Positions 23,890-36,771 of a stretch of DNA of 63,289 bases are shown here, piece by piece (position 1 is the first letter of the stretch; each line of letters starts with the position of its first letter). The notes under the pieces are model-generated. The model saw nothing but the letters and a program-made list of their open reading frames with translations. It did not search any database and was not told the DNA's origin. Origin of the DNA: Girardia tigrina (Eukaryota); assembly GCA_001938485.1 (NCBI GenBank), contig MQRK01194420.1:1-63289 (forward strand), in the 5' to 3' direction. Position numbers and translations under genes: made by a program.

Positions 23890-24880
23890 TCTGGATCTTT
23901 TTGGTTGAATGAAAATCTCTTGGTTACGAGACTGGAATTTATAGGAAGCAAACGTATACAGGTTTATATACTTCACCGGACAGTTTTTGTGAACTTAATT
24001 ATAAAAGAAACATGATTAAAGGTTTAATTTATCGCTCTTGGTCGTTGTCTTCCACTTTTGTTAAATCTGTAGAAAGTGTTAATAAAGTAAGTTCTTTGTT
24101 AAATCAGAATGGTTATTCTAAATCTTTTCTAGAAAAATTAATAAAGGAAACAGTAGATAAAATACTTTTGAAAGATTTTTCGAAAAATCAGAGTTTGGCT
24201 TCTCCTGATGGATCTAAGAGAGAAATCGAAGGATCATTAGATATTAATAATATGTCTAAATATTGTTTAATTGTACCTTATTATGAAGGATTTAAAAACT
24301 TTAAAAATGCATTGTTAAAAGCAACTAACAAAGAAAAAATTAAAAATCACGATTCAAAAAAAATTAAAAATATGTTCAGTAATAAATCTATTATACCTTT
24401 AACATTTTGTTCTGATATTGTTTATGAATATAAATGTAATGGGTGCGATGCCACATACATTGGAGAGACTGCCCGTCATCTCTGTAAACGAATTCAAGAA
24501 CATGGTCGAAAAGAGAGTAAGAGTAATATTGCAGAACAAAGGAAAGAATGTAAACGTGATGATAATTTTGATAATTTCAAAATTCTGTGTAAGCATTTTG
24601 GCAGTTATTTGGAGAGAGTGTCGTGTGAAGCATTGTTAATTAGGTTACGTTGCCCTAAAATCAATGTTCAATCGGCAGTCTCAACCAGCTTATTGAGAAT
24701 TTTTGATTAGCTTGATTTCATGCAATCGATTACACAATCATCATTTTTGTATTTATATACAGGTGAATTGATTATTAATTAGTGACGTGAAGATGACGGT
24801 AGATCCGTCGAAATATATTGTCTAGAAATATATTTTTTAATGGATGAGTGTTGTTATTAATAAAATTAAGGTTTAATATT
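23890..24880 (+). mobile_element. 5'-truncated Penelope-like retroelement (RT thumb + GIY-YIG endonuclease)
   Basis: TGIYRKQTYTGLY thumb motif; ORF 24012-24710 with IVYEYKCNGCDATYIGETARHLCKRIQEH; hammerhead in the 3' region. Confidence 0.92.
24784..24822 (+). ncRNA. Minimal type I hammerhead ribozyme (core C>G change)
   Basis: GAC-GTGAAGA-T-GACGG-tagat-CCGTC-GAAA-TATA-TT-GTC. Confidence 0.7.
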
Positions 24881-25192
24881 TTTTTTAAATAAAGAAAAGC
24901 ATTTAATTAGATATAAATAAAACTAATAAAATTTAAATTAAATTCATTTTTTAACAATTTTATAAAATTTTTATTATTTTTTGATTTTATAAAGAAATGG
25001 TTAAAATTATTTTTTTTAATTAATATTTTTAGAAAATTTGTTCGAAAAATCATGATTAAAAATAAAAATTAGAAAACCCAATAGTGCAATGTCAAAAGTT
25101 GAACGATCTTCCCAGAAGATGTGATGACTCTAAATGTGATATTAATAAAAATACAAATGAAAATTGTCTCAATGTTCTTCACAATGTAACTA

Positions 25193-26518
25193 TTGGGTTG
25201 TTGCATAAGTTCCAGCCGTTTTTTAAACATTTATTTTCAAAGAAATCAAAGAATTTTAACAACCAAAATAATGACTCAGTTAATTTATTTAATGAAATCA
25301 TAAAATTTTAACACTTCAATCAATTATGTACTCTCCTTCATTTTTCAATACTTCTTCCCATCTTTCCACCAGTTTGTTGATTCCATTTCGCCAGAAATCC
25401 TTAGGTCGAGTCTCGAAGAAGTTGTTGAGTCTGATCAAGATGATCCTGATTTTCGAAGCTAAGACCCCTCATTTCATTTGAAAGGCAGCGGAAGAGATGG
25501 TAATCCGTCGGGGCGAGGTCTGGGGAATAGGGAGGATGTTGTAGGACCTCCCAACCGAGCTCTTGGAGTGCCATCTTGACAGTTTTGCGGTGTGTGGTCG
25601 AACATTGTCATGGAGGAGGATCACCTGGCCTTGTCGATCTGGTCTTTTTTGTTGAATTGCATCCTTGACGCGATGCAATTGGGCTTTATAGAGATTCTTT
25701 TCTACTGTCATGTTCTTTCCAAGCATTTCCCAGTAGATTAGACATTCCCAATCCCACAATACACAAATCATTGTCTTCATCGGGTATAGGTCTTTCTTGA
25801 TCCTGGGTTTAGGCTTCTCTCCAGGACTCACCCACTTTTTCCTTTGCTTCATATTCACATAGAGACACCATTTCTCGTCTCCAATGACGATTCTGTATAA
25901 GAAACGTTGCCTGTGACCATGGGTTCCTTGGTGTCGAGCGAGAATTTGAGCAGCAATGAAAAGCCGCTTATCCTTCTATTTTTGGGTGAGTTCGTGCGGG
26001 ATCCAAGCTCCAAGTTTTTGAGTGAAACTCAACAACTGAAGATTGCGTGAAATTGTTGCAAAATCAAAATTCATCTTTTCGGCCAATTCTCTGCATGTCT
26101 GGCGGCCATCTTCCTTCAAAAGATCCCCGAGTTGGTCCTCGTCCATCTCGTCTGGTCTTCCGGAACGAGGAGCGTTGTTGAGGTCGAAATTATCGTGTTT
26201 GAACCTGGAAAACCAATTCCGAGCAGTTCACTGAGCTATAGTGTCCTTTCCATATACGGCAAAAATATCTCTGGTAGCTTCACTCGCTTTTTGACCTCGA
26301 TTAAAAGTTAAAAGAAGGAGGTGTCAAAAATTCGATTTTTTGTCGACTTGACAATCCATTTGACGGTTCTAAAAAAGACAAAAAAATAATATAGGCACTT
26401 TAATCTTGTATATCATATCACGAGCTTTCTAATGGTATATAACACTTCGCTAAACATCAAAAAGTCTTTGTAGAACAAATAGTTTCATGTAACGGCGGGA
26501 ACTTATGCAACAACCCAA
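25193..26518 (-). mobile_element. Full-length mariner, defective
   Basis: TIR ttgggttgttgcataagttcc, TA TSDs; frameshifted transposase at about 25316-26359 (WIPHEL, GDEKW, HDNVRPH, YSPDLAP). Confidence 0.95.
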
Positions 26519-26529
26519 TAATTATGACA

Positions 26530-26680
26530 TTTAGGTTCTATTTGAAAATATTTAACAGATGTTGATTATGAAGCTTGAATAATTATTTTCGGATCTATTG
26601 AACTTTTTAATGAGGCATCATATATTACTCATTCCCCATAATTTTAAAATCGATTAATTAAAATCATTTGAGTTAAAATC
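26530..26680 (-). pseudogene. Old Penelope GIY-YIG C-terminal remnant
   Basis: Reverse strand resembles FKNY.ERV..EA.L...DPKI..Q...LL.IF of the other copies. Confidence 0.5.
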
Positions 26681-26800
26681 ATTTTCTTCAATTTTCTTTT
26701 TATATCATCAATCTGAAATTTGATATTTTGCCAAAAAGAAGAATTTAAGAAAATTAAATAATTACGGATAGCGATATCAATGCTAAAAAATGTGTATGTG

Positions 26801-28485
26801 TGTGAGGAATATTTTCAGAAGTTCTTTATTGTATAACATACAATGTAACTTTATTTTCTTTTTGTTGAATAAATATCCAAAACCGATGGATTGAAGTTAT
26901 TTTTTATGAAATGGTAAAAATGTATTTTTTTGTGATTTTTTAGTGACCCATAAGGTTTGTCCAAATGCTCCTAAATACCGATAAAAGTTGTTACTCAACA
27001 TATGTTGTTTATTATTAACGATCACGATTACATAAGACATTAAGTAGGACCTAATATTATATATTGTGTAATACACCAAACAGTAGACATGTAAATTTCG
27101 TCATACTAAATCTCCCCCTTTCTCTATAACATTGATTAATCTTTCAGGTATCGAAAAAGCCAAATTTTGTAAGGTATTTAAATCAATTCCACTCCAAATC
27201 TTTAAAATACTATTTTTAAGATCAGATTTTGATATATATTGCTTGTTTGCTGCGTATAAACGACTAACAATGAGGCCCATACATTTTCCATTGGATATAA
27301 ATCTGGAGACTTTGCTGCCCAATCCATAATGTCGATGTTATTTCTATTCAAAAATTCTTTGGTTTTAATTGCGCGATGAGGTGGCGCATTATCATGTTGA
27401 TATAAGAAGTCTTCATTGGCACGTGTAATTAAAGGTACAATATGTTCCCAGAGGAGTTCTATGTATCGCGCTGAATTTAGAGTTCCTTCAATAACATCTA
27501 TCATTTTCTCCCCAGTGCCTGTAAAAGCAGCCCAAATCATCAAACCACCACCAGCACTATGTCGTCGCATTCTTGTATATTCCCCAGACTGCTTTCTATG
27601 TGTATTCATCCATCTTTTAGAAAGACCATCTGATCCATCTATAGAAAATTTCTTTTCATCCGACCATATAATATTAAGCCAATTTGGAGGGTTCAAAAGA
27701 AGATTTTTACATATAGCCACCCGGTTCTTTTTGTGTAATTTTGTTAAGTATATTTTCGGATTAATATATGAATATTCAACATCTTCATTGTCATTCAAAA
27801 TTCGATGAACATGGCTCTTACTAATAGAAATACCAACGCTATTAGTCATTGAAGATGCAATTTTTCGGCAACTTTTAAAATCTGAATCTTTAGATGTAGT
27901 GGACATGTCGATAATTGTTCGTCGACTTCTCTCCGAGATTCTTCTAGGTCGTCCAGTTGGTTTTTTTCTATCATAATTATCCGGATTGTGAAGAAATCTG
28001 AATATCGTCTTTCGACAGACAGATTTTTGAAAACGTTCATTAAATAATATGGTTATTTCAGTGATGGAAGTTCTAGACTTCTCGAATTCCTCATATTTTA
28101 ATGTTAAAAACATTTTTTTTTCTTCCTGGAACTTGTTTTATCGATTCATTCTAAAATGGACAAATCTTAAGAGACATAGCTAAAAAATTAAAACTTACTT
28201 CAAATACCAATAATTAAAATAATTTTCAAATATGTGCTTTAAAAGAATATATTTAAACAAATGAAAAGTGATACAAATAATAATTTCTTGACAGATATTA
28301 TTTTACTTTGAAATATTGAAAAATATTAAAGTGGACAAACCTTTAGGGACGGACTATATGTTGTTTTTAGGATTGTGTCTCTCCCACTCAGGTGATTGAT
28401 TGATTATTTTTTAATTATTTTGTAATTTAAATTGTGAATTAAATGGTAATTTAGATTTTTTCGAATAATTAGAGATTAAGAAATA
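26801..28485 (+). mobile_element. LTR fragment interrupted by Tc1
   Basis: tgtgaggaatat at 26801; LTR sequence resumes at about 28357 (tgttgtttttaggattgtgtctctcccactcag). Confidence 0.75.
26834..28356 (-). mobile_element. Tc1-like (DD34E) transposon
   Basis: ORF 27202-28113 with WSDEKKF and QHDNAPPH-34-E (SPDLYPMENVW); terminal motif aaggtttgtcca at about 26952 and inverted at about 28332-28344; inserted at TA. Confidence 0.92.
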
Positions 28486-28489
28486 GTGT

Positions 28490-28860
28490 GAAGGGAGCGA
28501 AGATACGGTATGACCGTGTCTCCGACCACTTAATTTCGTAGAATCCGTGAGGATCCAGGCACTTGATAGACCCGTTTATTGTTGGCGATGGGGGTCACTG
28601 TACAGTCTTCGGGAAGGATGATGACCGCCAGATGGGCGGTAGCACTCGATGACCGCGGAATAGCTGGTCACAGTCGACGAGTCGTCAGATCCACTGGGGC
28701 GTCCGAACCAAGAAGGTTGGGCCGCATGATTATCATGCTTGTGCTCTAACTCCTTAGAAGCTCCGCCGGATCGGGGTAGTACCGAACTCGTCTTGTGATA
28801 TTGCGTGTGCCCCACCGAATCAGAAACCATGAGGGAACGGCCAGTTCGATTCAACATTGT
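28490..28860 (+). other. GC-rich, hairpin-dense non-coding insert (probable retroelement UTR or SINE)
   Basis: About ten consecutive hairpins, e.g. agatacggt-atg-accgtgtct, atcc-gtga-ggat, accgcc-agatg-ggcggt; sharp GC boundary; no credible ORF. Confidence 0.5.
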
Positions 28861-29608
28861 TGATTGATCATTGAAATCAAAAATGGCAAATAATAAAGAA
28901 AAATCCTTTGTTAACATTTATTATTTATCAAACGTACACATTTTCGAATTTTTTCCATCGTTCGTAATTTCATTTCATTTATTTAACTTTGTGCTTCTTA
29001 CACATAAAAAATTTTGTTCATTTTTTCATTTAATTTTATTGATGGGCCCTTCAAATAGAATTTTATTTTATCAAGAACGATTTCTAGCTACGAAAGTTTT
29101 ATGGAGAATCGTACTGGAGAATATTCGAGTTTCGAAGTGAATGTACTGAAAATTACATAAGTGTTTTTAATCCCTTACTATTTGAATACGCCGTAATCCT
29201 TCAACAAAGGCGAACTTCAGACACTTTTGTTTAGTGATGGTATAACCCGATCTAGTTTCGAAGGGAAACCACATAGATATATGTTCAACTAGCTAACAAA
29301 GGTTACCTTTGACACATGTCACAAAACATAGTACATATTTATCACTTGCGATATATTTTTCTCAATATTCGATAGCTAAATAAATTTTAATTATCAATTA
29401 AATTAAATAAATTGATTAGAAAATATAAGGTAAAAAATAAAAAAATAAAAATATAAGGTAAAATTTTTATAAAGTCAAATCATTGGCCGTGTCCCAAATT
29501 TTAAGTAGAATAAGTTGCGACTTTTAATTTATGATTCAATCATAAACTTAATCTACGACATTTAAAAGTAAAATACCAAAATTCTTCAGCAATTTATACT
29601 ATTGTAAT

Positions 29609-31112
29609 TGTGAGGAATATTTTTATTGGTGCTTATTGTATGTTCTTTGGAATGTTGTTTTAGAATTGTGGTTCTTCCATCCAGATGGAAGATTGTTATT
29701 TTAAATATTTTAAAACGTCAAATTATTTCAATTTTAAAATTTAAATAACTAAATATAAAATGAAATTAATATATTGGGTGGGCCAAAAAGTCATTGCGTT
29801 TTTGAGTACGTCCTAATAAAAAGCTTGAAAATATAAAACGATGTGATAAAATTTTAATTCAATTATATATTCTGTCACCATAATTTTCAGACTATGTTTA
29901 TACAAAATATTAATTGATTTTGTTTTAATTTATTACTTTACCGTTGATTCGAAAAATTTCATCTGAAAGATGCACCACGCTCCGGTCTACCAGTTGAAGT
30001 TGATGGCGACAAAATAACAGCACTGATCAAATCTAATCCACATATGACGACAAGAGAAGTTGCAGAGACTCTGGAAATATCAAAATCAAGTGTTGGAAGT
30101 CATTTAAAGAGACTTGGATTCGTCAGTAAACTCGATATGTAGTTACCACATGAACTGAAAGAAATTCATTTGGTGAAACGTATAGACATTTGCGATTCCC
30201 TTTTGAAGCGAGAACAAAGTAATCCATTTTCGAAGCGCTTGATTACGGGTGACGAAAAGTGGATTGTTTACAACAATGTGGAACGCCGAAAATCATGGAC
30301 AAAACGCGGTGAGCCTGCCAAAACGATCTCAAAAGCAGAAATTCACCAAAAGAAGGTTATGCTTTCCATCTGGTAGGATTTTAAAGGAATTGTGTTTTCT
30401 GAACTCCTTTCGAGGAATGAAACCATCAATTCAGACAGATATTGTGGTCAGCTGAGAAATTGGCTCATTCAATTCAACATGAACGTCTTGAATTAGCAAA
30501 TCGAAAAGGAGTTGTAATTCAGCATGATAACGCAAGACCGCATACAAGTTTGACTACTCGCTAGAAACTCTTATCACTGGGTTGGGAGGTTTTGCCGCAC
30601 CAACCGTATTCTCCATTTTTGGCCCCATCGGATTTTCACTTATTTAGATCACTGCAGAATTCCTTAAACAGAAAAACATTCGCCAGTGATGATGACATCA
30701 AATCGTTCTTAGACGGCTTTTTTGCTGACAAAGGCAAAGGTTTTTATGAATCAGGAATAATGAAGCTACGGAAAAGGTGGAAGAAAGTGATTGAAAATAA
30801 TGGACAGTATATCGTGTAAAAATATTTGTGCATCCATGTCATTTTTTGATAATAAATATTTTAGTAAAAAACGCAATGACTTTTTGGCCAACCCAATATA
30901 TATATATTTTATTTATATATTTTATTTCAATTATAAATTATTTTGAAATCGAATTTTAAATAAATGGTAATTTAAATGTGTTTGAATAATAAGACGTTTA
31001 GAAATAGAATCAAATTTATCAATCAAGAACAATGGCCAGCTACGAAATTTTTGCGGCCATTCGAATTGTGATATCAATAAATGTATTGAAAATCCAATTA
31101 GTGTTCTTAATA
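29609..31112 (+). mobile_element. Solo LTR, TG...TA termini, 5-bp TSD GTAAT, interrupted by mariner
   Basis: gtaat at 29604-29608 and 31113-31117. Confidence 0.9.
29774..30896 (+). mobile_element. Mariner, defective
   Basis: TIR ttgggt(g/t)ggccaaaaagtcattgcgtttt, TA TSDs; ITGDEKW, QHDNARPH and YSPFLAPSDFHLF motifs with stops. Confidence 0.95.
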
Positions 31113-32121
31113 GTAATAAATGTTCTTTCTGGAGACTTGAACAAAAAATATGTGAAAACGAAATTAACTGTTTATTATTAAATAAAAATTAGGTGTCAAA
31201 TTTTTAATAAATATAAAATTCTGTTTGTAAATAATTCAATAAAGCTAAAGAGAATATATTCCCAAAAAATAATCAAATAATATATTTATTACCACAGCCT
31301 ATGTCTAGGTTTTGGGTTCTATTTTTAAAATATTGTTTTAATTATTATATTTTAAACAACTGTAAAATATAGATACAAATTGAAAATTTGTTTATCGTAA
31401 TAAATAAAAATGAATAAAAACCAAAAATTATATTGATAACACTGAAATGAGATCAGCTATACAAAATGTAAACATGTCACTTCTCCTTAGAAGACAAGAA
31501 ATAATGTTTATTAAAACATTAAATTTAAAAATTAAAAAAAATAGTTGTTTGAATTATCTCATAAAGACCCCTTTAATAGTGCATATGGCCTGTATCTTCA
31601 TTAATATGAATAACGACAGGGAACAAGTATCTCTTAATGAGGCAATATGGACCGGGGATATTCCGGTCATTTGGGGTTGGCAAACAGCAGTTATATGTTT
31701 TGTGATTAAGATCGACTATTCTCTGACATTTGTCAGTTTTGGTAATTTGATGATTTATTTTAATTAAACTTAATTATTTTTTGTATTTATAATTGAGATA
31801 ATTACCTCATGTATTGCTGAATCGTAAAGGTTTACTCTATAGGATAATAGTAATCAACTTATTTCTTCGTTGAAAATATATCATTAATGTAATTTTAACG
31901 AACTTTAATCATTTATTATTTAGTAATCTTTAACATGAAGCTTTTTTCTTTTTAAAAGATCTTTATTATATTGTGTTACCATAAAGATATGATAATAATC
32001 TTGGTTAATTTTAAATTTTGATCAGATCTCCAATATGAAAACAATATCAAAACTATTTTCCAGTTCCAAATTCTTTTAAAAATCCTGAAAATCTTCTACT
32101 TGACGTCCTTAATTTCATGAT

Positions 32122-32350
32122 TGAGAGGAATATTTTCAATTCGGAATGTTGAAATTCGTATTTGGAAATGTTTCTCCTCTCCATATACAAAATTAGTATT
32201 TTTGATGGTCATAATGATTAATTGTTCAAGTTTGATAAGACACGTAAAAATTTAAACAAAAAATGGATAATATCAATTTTATTAAAGTAAAAAGAATGGT
32301 CATCAAAATAATATTCGTTTAAATATTGAGAATTAAAATATTGTATTAAC
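32122..32350 (+). mobile_element. LTR 5' fragment
   Basis: tgagaggaatattt start and a degenerate ttctcc core. Confidence 0.5.
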
Positions 32351-32356
32351 AACGTA

Positions 32357-33680
32357 CGTGGTGTACCAAATAAGTACTTAGACTAGGTTGATCTACCGGG
32401 ATCATAAATTGGAGGAGACAGAAGAAATTGGAGAACCGACAATGACACCAGCGCAAATCAGTACAACCACAGAAGAAAGAGTCGTAGAAAACCTCAACAT
32501 TTCAGGCAACCAGATTCAATCCATGACGGACCCCCCCCGACTATCTCGACGGCGGTGGAAGAAGCGATAGCTACTGAAGAAACACATCTGACTTTTAGGA
32601 TTGCAGATCTAACTGCAAGGGGGGAGTTCAGATGTCCCTTTCGCGGCTGTACAGCCAATACAGCCAAAGGTATGCAGAACCATGGCTATACAACCCATGG
32701 GTGGTCGTTTCTCACAGGGAAGCCGAAAAGATCTCGGAGACCGAAACTTTCCGACCCCGTAGGAGGCCTATCCGGGGGCTGCTAGTGATTCTTTAGTTTG
32801 GGTGGACCCTCTAAAGAGCCTAGAGGCTCAATACCATTCGAAAGAGATGGGAGGCCCACTTAGACTAGGTAAAAAAAATTACTTAATAAAATTTACAGAA
32901 TAGGTATTTAAAATTAGAAATATCTAGAAAAGAAATAGGGGATTTGCTTTCTAAGCTACTTATGTACTTTAAAAGTTTGCTTTTTTCATTATTTCGTCAA
33001 TACATGTCAGATAACATTGATATAGTAGGTGTTACAAAGGTTTTGTTTTTGCAGAAATCTAACAGCCAAGAAATTATTACTCAACTGATGAACGTTTACA
33101 AGAGTGAGCACTCATAAAAACAACCATTTGAAAGTTAATTTTAGATGATAAAAGTAGGTACACTAGTTATCTTGATTTAAAAAAGCCTGGGAAACCAAAG
33201 ACAGTTGAAAGTAAGAAAAATAAAATACTGCAAAGATCAGACAGACTCATGGTAAAAAGAGACGTTGCACCACGTCTAAATATGTTCAAAGGTATTTAGC
33301 ATTATTGCAGTTTGAGTATATCAGAAAGATTTTGAAATCTTTGATAAACTTTGTTATGTCTTTCTGAAAAAAAATCAGACATCTCTGAGACTATTAATAC
33401 TTGAAACTAAATTCTAATCATTCAAATTGAAGATGTCTAGGAGGAAGCAATCACTGTAAGTGTGAACTGAATAATCCCAAAAGAAATGCCTGATGCTCAC
33501 AATATTGTTAGGTTTTCTTTAAGTTTATTGAACTAAATAGATGTCAAAATCAACTCTGATTATTTTAAACAGCTGAGAAAGAAAGCACAGAAATCAAGGA
33601 AAACTGAACTAATGATATTGCATGACAATAACCGAATCCACACATCTTACCTGAGCACAGCAACAATTGATTAATGTCTT
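32357..33680 (+). mobile_element. Highly decayed mariner related to the 21343 family
   Basis: TA-cgtggtgtaccaaataagtac terminus; LHDNNRIHT at about 33618. Confidence 0.6.
32389..32857 (+). mobile_element. 5'-truncated C2H2-finger LINE copy with 13-bp TSD
   Basis: TSD acttagactaggt at 32376-32388 and 32858-32870; FRCPFRGC...MQNHGYTTH; no poly(A). Confidence 0.85.
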
Positions 33681-35130
33681 AAGCAAACCCTATTTTTTCC
33701 CCTGAGACTGACCGGTGGTAGTTGAGACGCAGTTGTGTCGTGGCTCGGAAATTTGTATCTGGTCCTTTTATAAAATTCAGATTGACCATCATTTATATGT
33801 TATTAATGTTCAATTCAAATCAATTAAGACTCAAATTTCAGTCTAAAAAAGAATCAGAACAAGATGTAATCTAAATATATTTGTACAGATTTGTATTCAA
33901 ATCAAAATATCATTCAATCAGAAAAAATAAAATATTCAAATGCGTAAATGAAATTAAGACTTAAATTCGTTTGATTCAAGCATCATTTTCTATAATAAGT
34001 TCTTCCAAAATTGTTCATTTAAAATAAGCAATATTCAATTATTTTTGCCAAACCATTTTTTAATGTAATTATTTTTTAAACCTTTTAATAATTAAATATC
34101 ATTACATATACACGCATAAATATATATATATNNNNNNNNNNNNNNNNNNNNNNNNNNNNNNNNNNNNNNNNNNNNNNNNNNNNNNNNNNNNNNNNNNNNN
34201 NNNNNNNNNNNNNNNNNNNNNNNNNNNNNNNNNNNNNNNNNNNNNNNNNNNNNNNNNNNNNNNNNNNNNNNNNNNNNNNNNNNNNNNNNNNNNNNNNNNN
34301 NNNNNNNNNNNNNNNNNNGAGATAAATCATTATTTCCGCACTAGAATTACTGAACATACTCAATCGAATAGAAACAGTTCAATTTTGAGCCATATTAAAA
34401 AGTTTCAGGGTAATTATATTGATTATAATATAGATTTTAAATTAATTAAAAATAATTTTGAGACGATTATAGTCGAAGCATTGTTAATTTAGCACATAAA
34501 CAATGCATAAACGAGCAAGGTGATTCATTCTATCAAATTAATGTTTTTCAATAATATTTTATTATATAAATAAAAAAATACTTTTAAAGTTTTTTAATCA
34601 TATGTAAAAGTTTTGTTATTCCAATACAATAAATATTTTTATGTCACAATTCTCTTCTTTCCATTATTATTATTTATGTCTACACAGACTCCCTTTTCCA
34701 GATAATGCCTCGAAGGTCTTTTGATCTCTATAATTTAACATAATTGCTCTTGAAAATTCTATTTTTTATTGTATTTTCGTTTCGTTCATTTTATCTTGTT
34801 TTATTGTTGTAGACATTTTCTTTTTTTTGCTTTAGTCGCTAAATATTCTTTCCTCTAAAACGATTAAAATTTTTCCTTTTCAGATGTGAAATGAAATATC
34901 TTATTTTAATTATATTTTTTAATAGGATGTCTCTTCAATTGAAATTAAAAAAAGTTTAATTTTTAAAATTGAAATTATGTAATGTTTAAATATTGTAAAA
35001 TTTTATTTTCTTTCTCAATATTAAAATATAATATTATTATTCACTTTTCATTAAATATTTTAGATAGGATTTTAGAGAGGTGACATAAAATTTTGAATTT
35101 TAATATTTAAGGGAATTTTAAAATATTTAA

Positions 35131-35760
35131 CCCTTCGCAACTCAATATCATAAAAAAACATAAATATTGTGTGAAACAGTAGCTTTTTGTAAATAATGAA
35201 ACACGTATTTTTTTGTTTTTATTTATTTTTAACATAAACATATAAAAATATAATTCAATTTGACAGAACTGTCACAAAGATACATTTCTTTGATACAACA
35301 ATATTTCAATTTATTTTATATAACTAATTAAATAAAATTCAAAATAATCAGTCAGACATTTCAGTCAAATTGCATCAATGAGATTTCGGATTGTTTTGAG
35401 TTTGATGGGAAGGTTAAAATTGAGTTGATTGTATTGAGTGTGAGAAATTTCATCTCAAAGATTAGCTTTTGGTGTGCTATTAGTTGTCATCTATATCATA
35501 TGTCTCCGTTACCTTGTAAAGTACGGAACGACAGAGAAAACATATCGTTTTCTCAAATGGCAATTGATAGCTGCCAATGGTTGGTTTGCGAGAATGAGAT
35601 TGATTGCATTTAGTGAAATAAAGTTATTTTCATCCAATAATTTATTGGATAAATTTTATTTATTTTCGGCAAGTTTCCATATAGTGTACCTGTTTGGTAC
35701 ATTTTGTGACCTGATGATGGGATTTTTAATATCTCGAAACGCGTCGTCTTGTTTTTATCC
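35131..35760. mobile_element. Possible piggyBac remnant
   Basis: TTAA-CCCTT terminus at 35127-35135; weak transposase-like residues on the minus strand. Confidence 0.3.
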
Positions 35761-36570
35761 CTAATATATATATATATATATATATATATCTTTAAAGGGT
35801 CCGTTTAAACTAAAAAGTATTTTCCTAATAGTCCTTTTACAAAACTCTGAGTCATTCACTCTTGACCTCTCTTCGACATTACCGTTAGAAACTAGTGACG
35901 ATGGACATTACATGTTTGACTAACCACATCGTTGAATGTATTATATAGCTACATAAATTACACTTAATCGTTGCTTTTACATGTGTTTTTACATTTATGT
36001 ATTTGTCTCCAACATTTCTGTCTCAGTGTCTGTGAAATTGGTCGAATTGAATTTGGATTGTATTGTGTTTGACTGGCTTCCTCTGCTCATCTGGATTTTC
36101 ATGTTGATCCATTTCTATTGGAATATCTTTGTCTCTTAGCATGTGGTCGTTTCTATATTATATGTTATATATTGTAGATATTGTATTTATCATATATTAA
36201 GAATATAATATTTTTAATACTTATCCACGATAATTTAATTTAAATAAAATTATTAAGAGTTAGTTAAAATTTTCAATTCACTGAATAATTTAATTTTTTT
36301 AATTTAGAAAAGTTTGCAAAAAGTAAATAAATAAGTAAGAGAAAAACAGAGTTTAAAATCTAAAAAATCTAAAAGTTGATATATTTAGTAGAAATTTTTA
36401 AAATAAGAACTTAGAAAGAAATATTAAAATAAATGAAGGTTAATGCGTAAATTTATAATATCAAGCTACTGCAAAATTATTTTTAAGAAATTAAATAGTT
36501 TTTTACAAATTAATTTAAAAATTAGAAGTTTATATATATGAAAAAATTAATTTTATGACACTTAGAATAT

Positions 36571-36771
36571 ATGGACGACACCCCGCTCCTGACCATGAAC
36601 GAGCTGCACCGCTGATTGGCCATCATCCGCCGCCAGCCTGACCNNNNNNNNNNNNNNNNGTCAACTACCTCGTCGGAGTGTACGTGTCGCTGCGCCGGGA
36701 ATCCAAGCAAGGGGGGCGCGCGTCCAAGGACACCACCTACACGTGCGCCCGCACGCTCCTCGGACTTCTCC
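36571..36771 (+). pseudogene. MCM7: GC-rich fragment of an MCM7-like helicase gene
   Basis: Translates as ...PLLTMNELHR*LAIIRRQP [gap] VNYLVGVYVSLRRESKQGGRASKDTTYTCARTLLGLL, matching from memory the MCM7 region around DYI..AYVEMRRE...KDATYTSARTLLAILR. Confidence 0.75.

Larger units (their letters stand above)
23681..25183 (+). mobile_element. Solo LTR (TG...CA) interrupted by a Penelope element
   Basis: tgtgagaaatat at 23681, ...aatgttcttcaca at 25183; flanks gtgta/atgta (4/5 TSD match). Confidence 0.8.

Noticed and set aside
27416-27808. Antisense ORFs over TEs (also 5982, 22146, 48624 and others) and ORFs spanning N gaps
   Set aside because: Shadows of transposon ORFs or artefacts of N runs.
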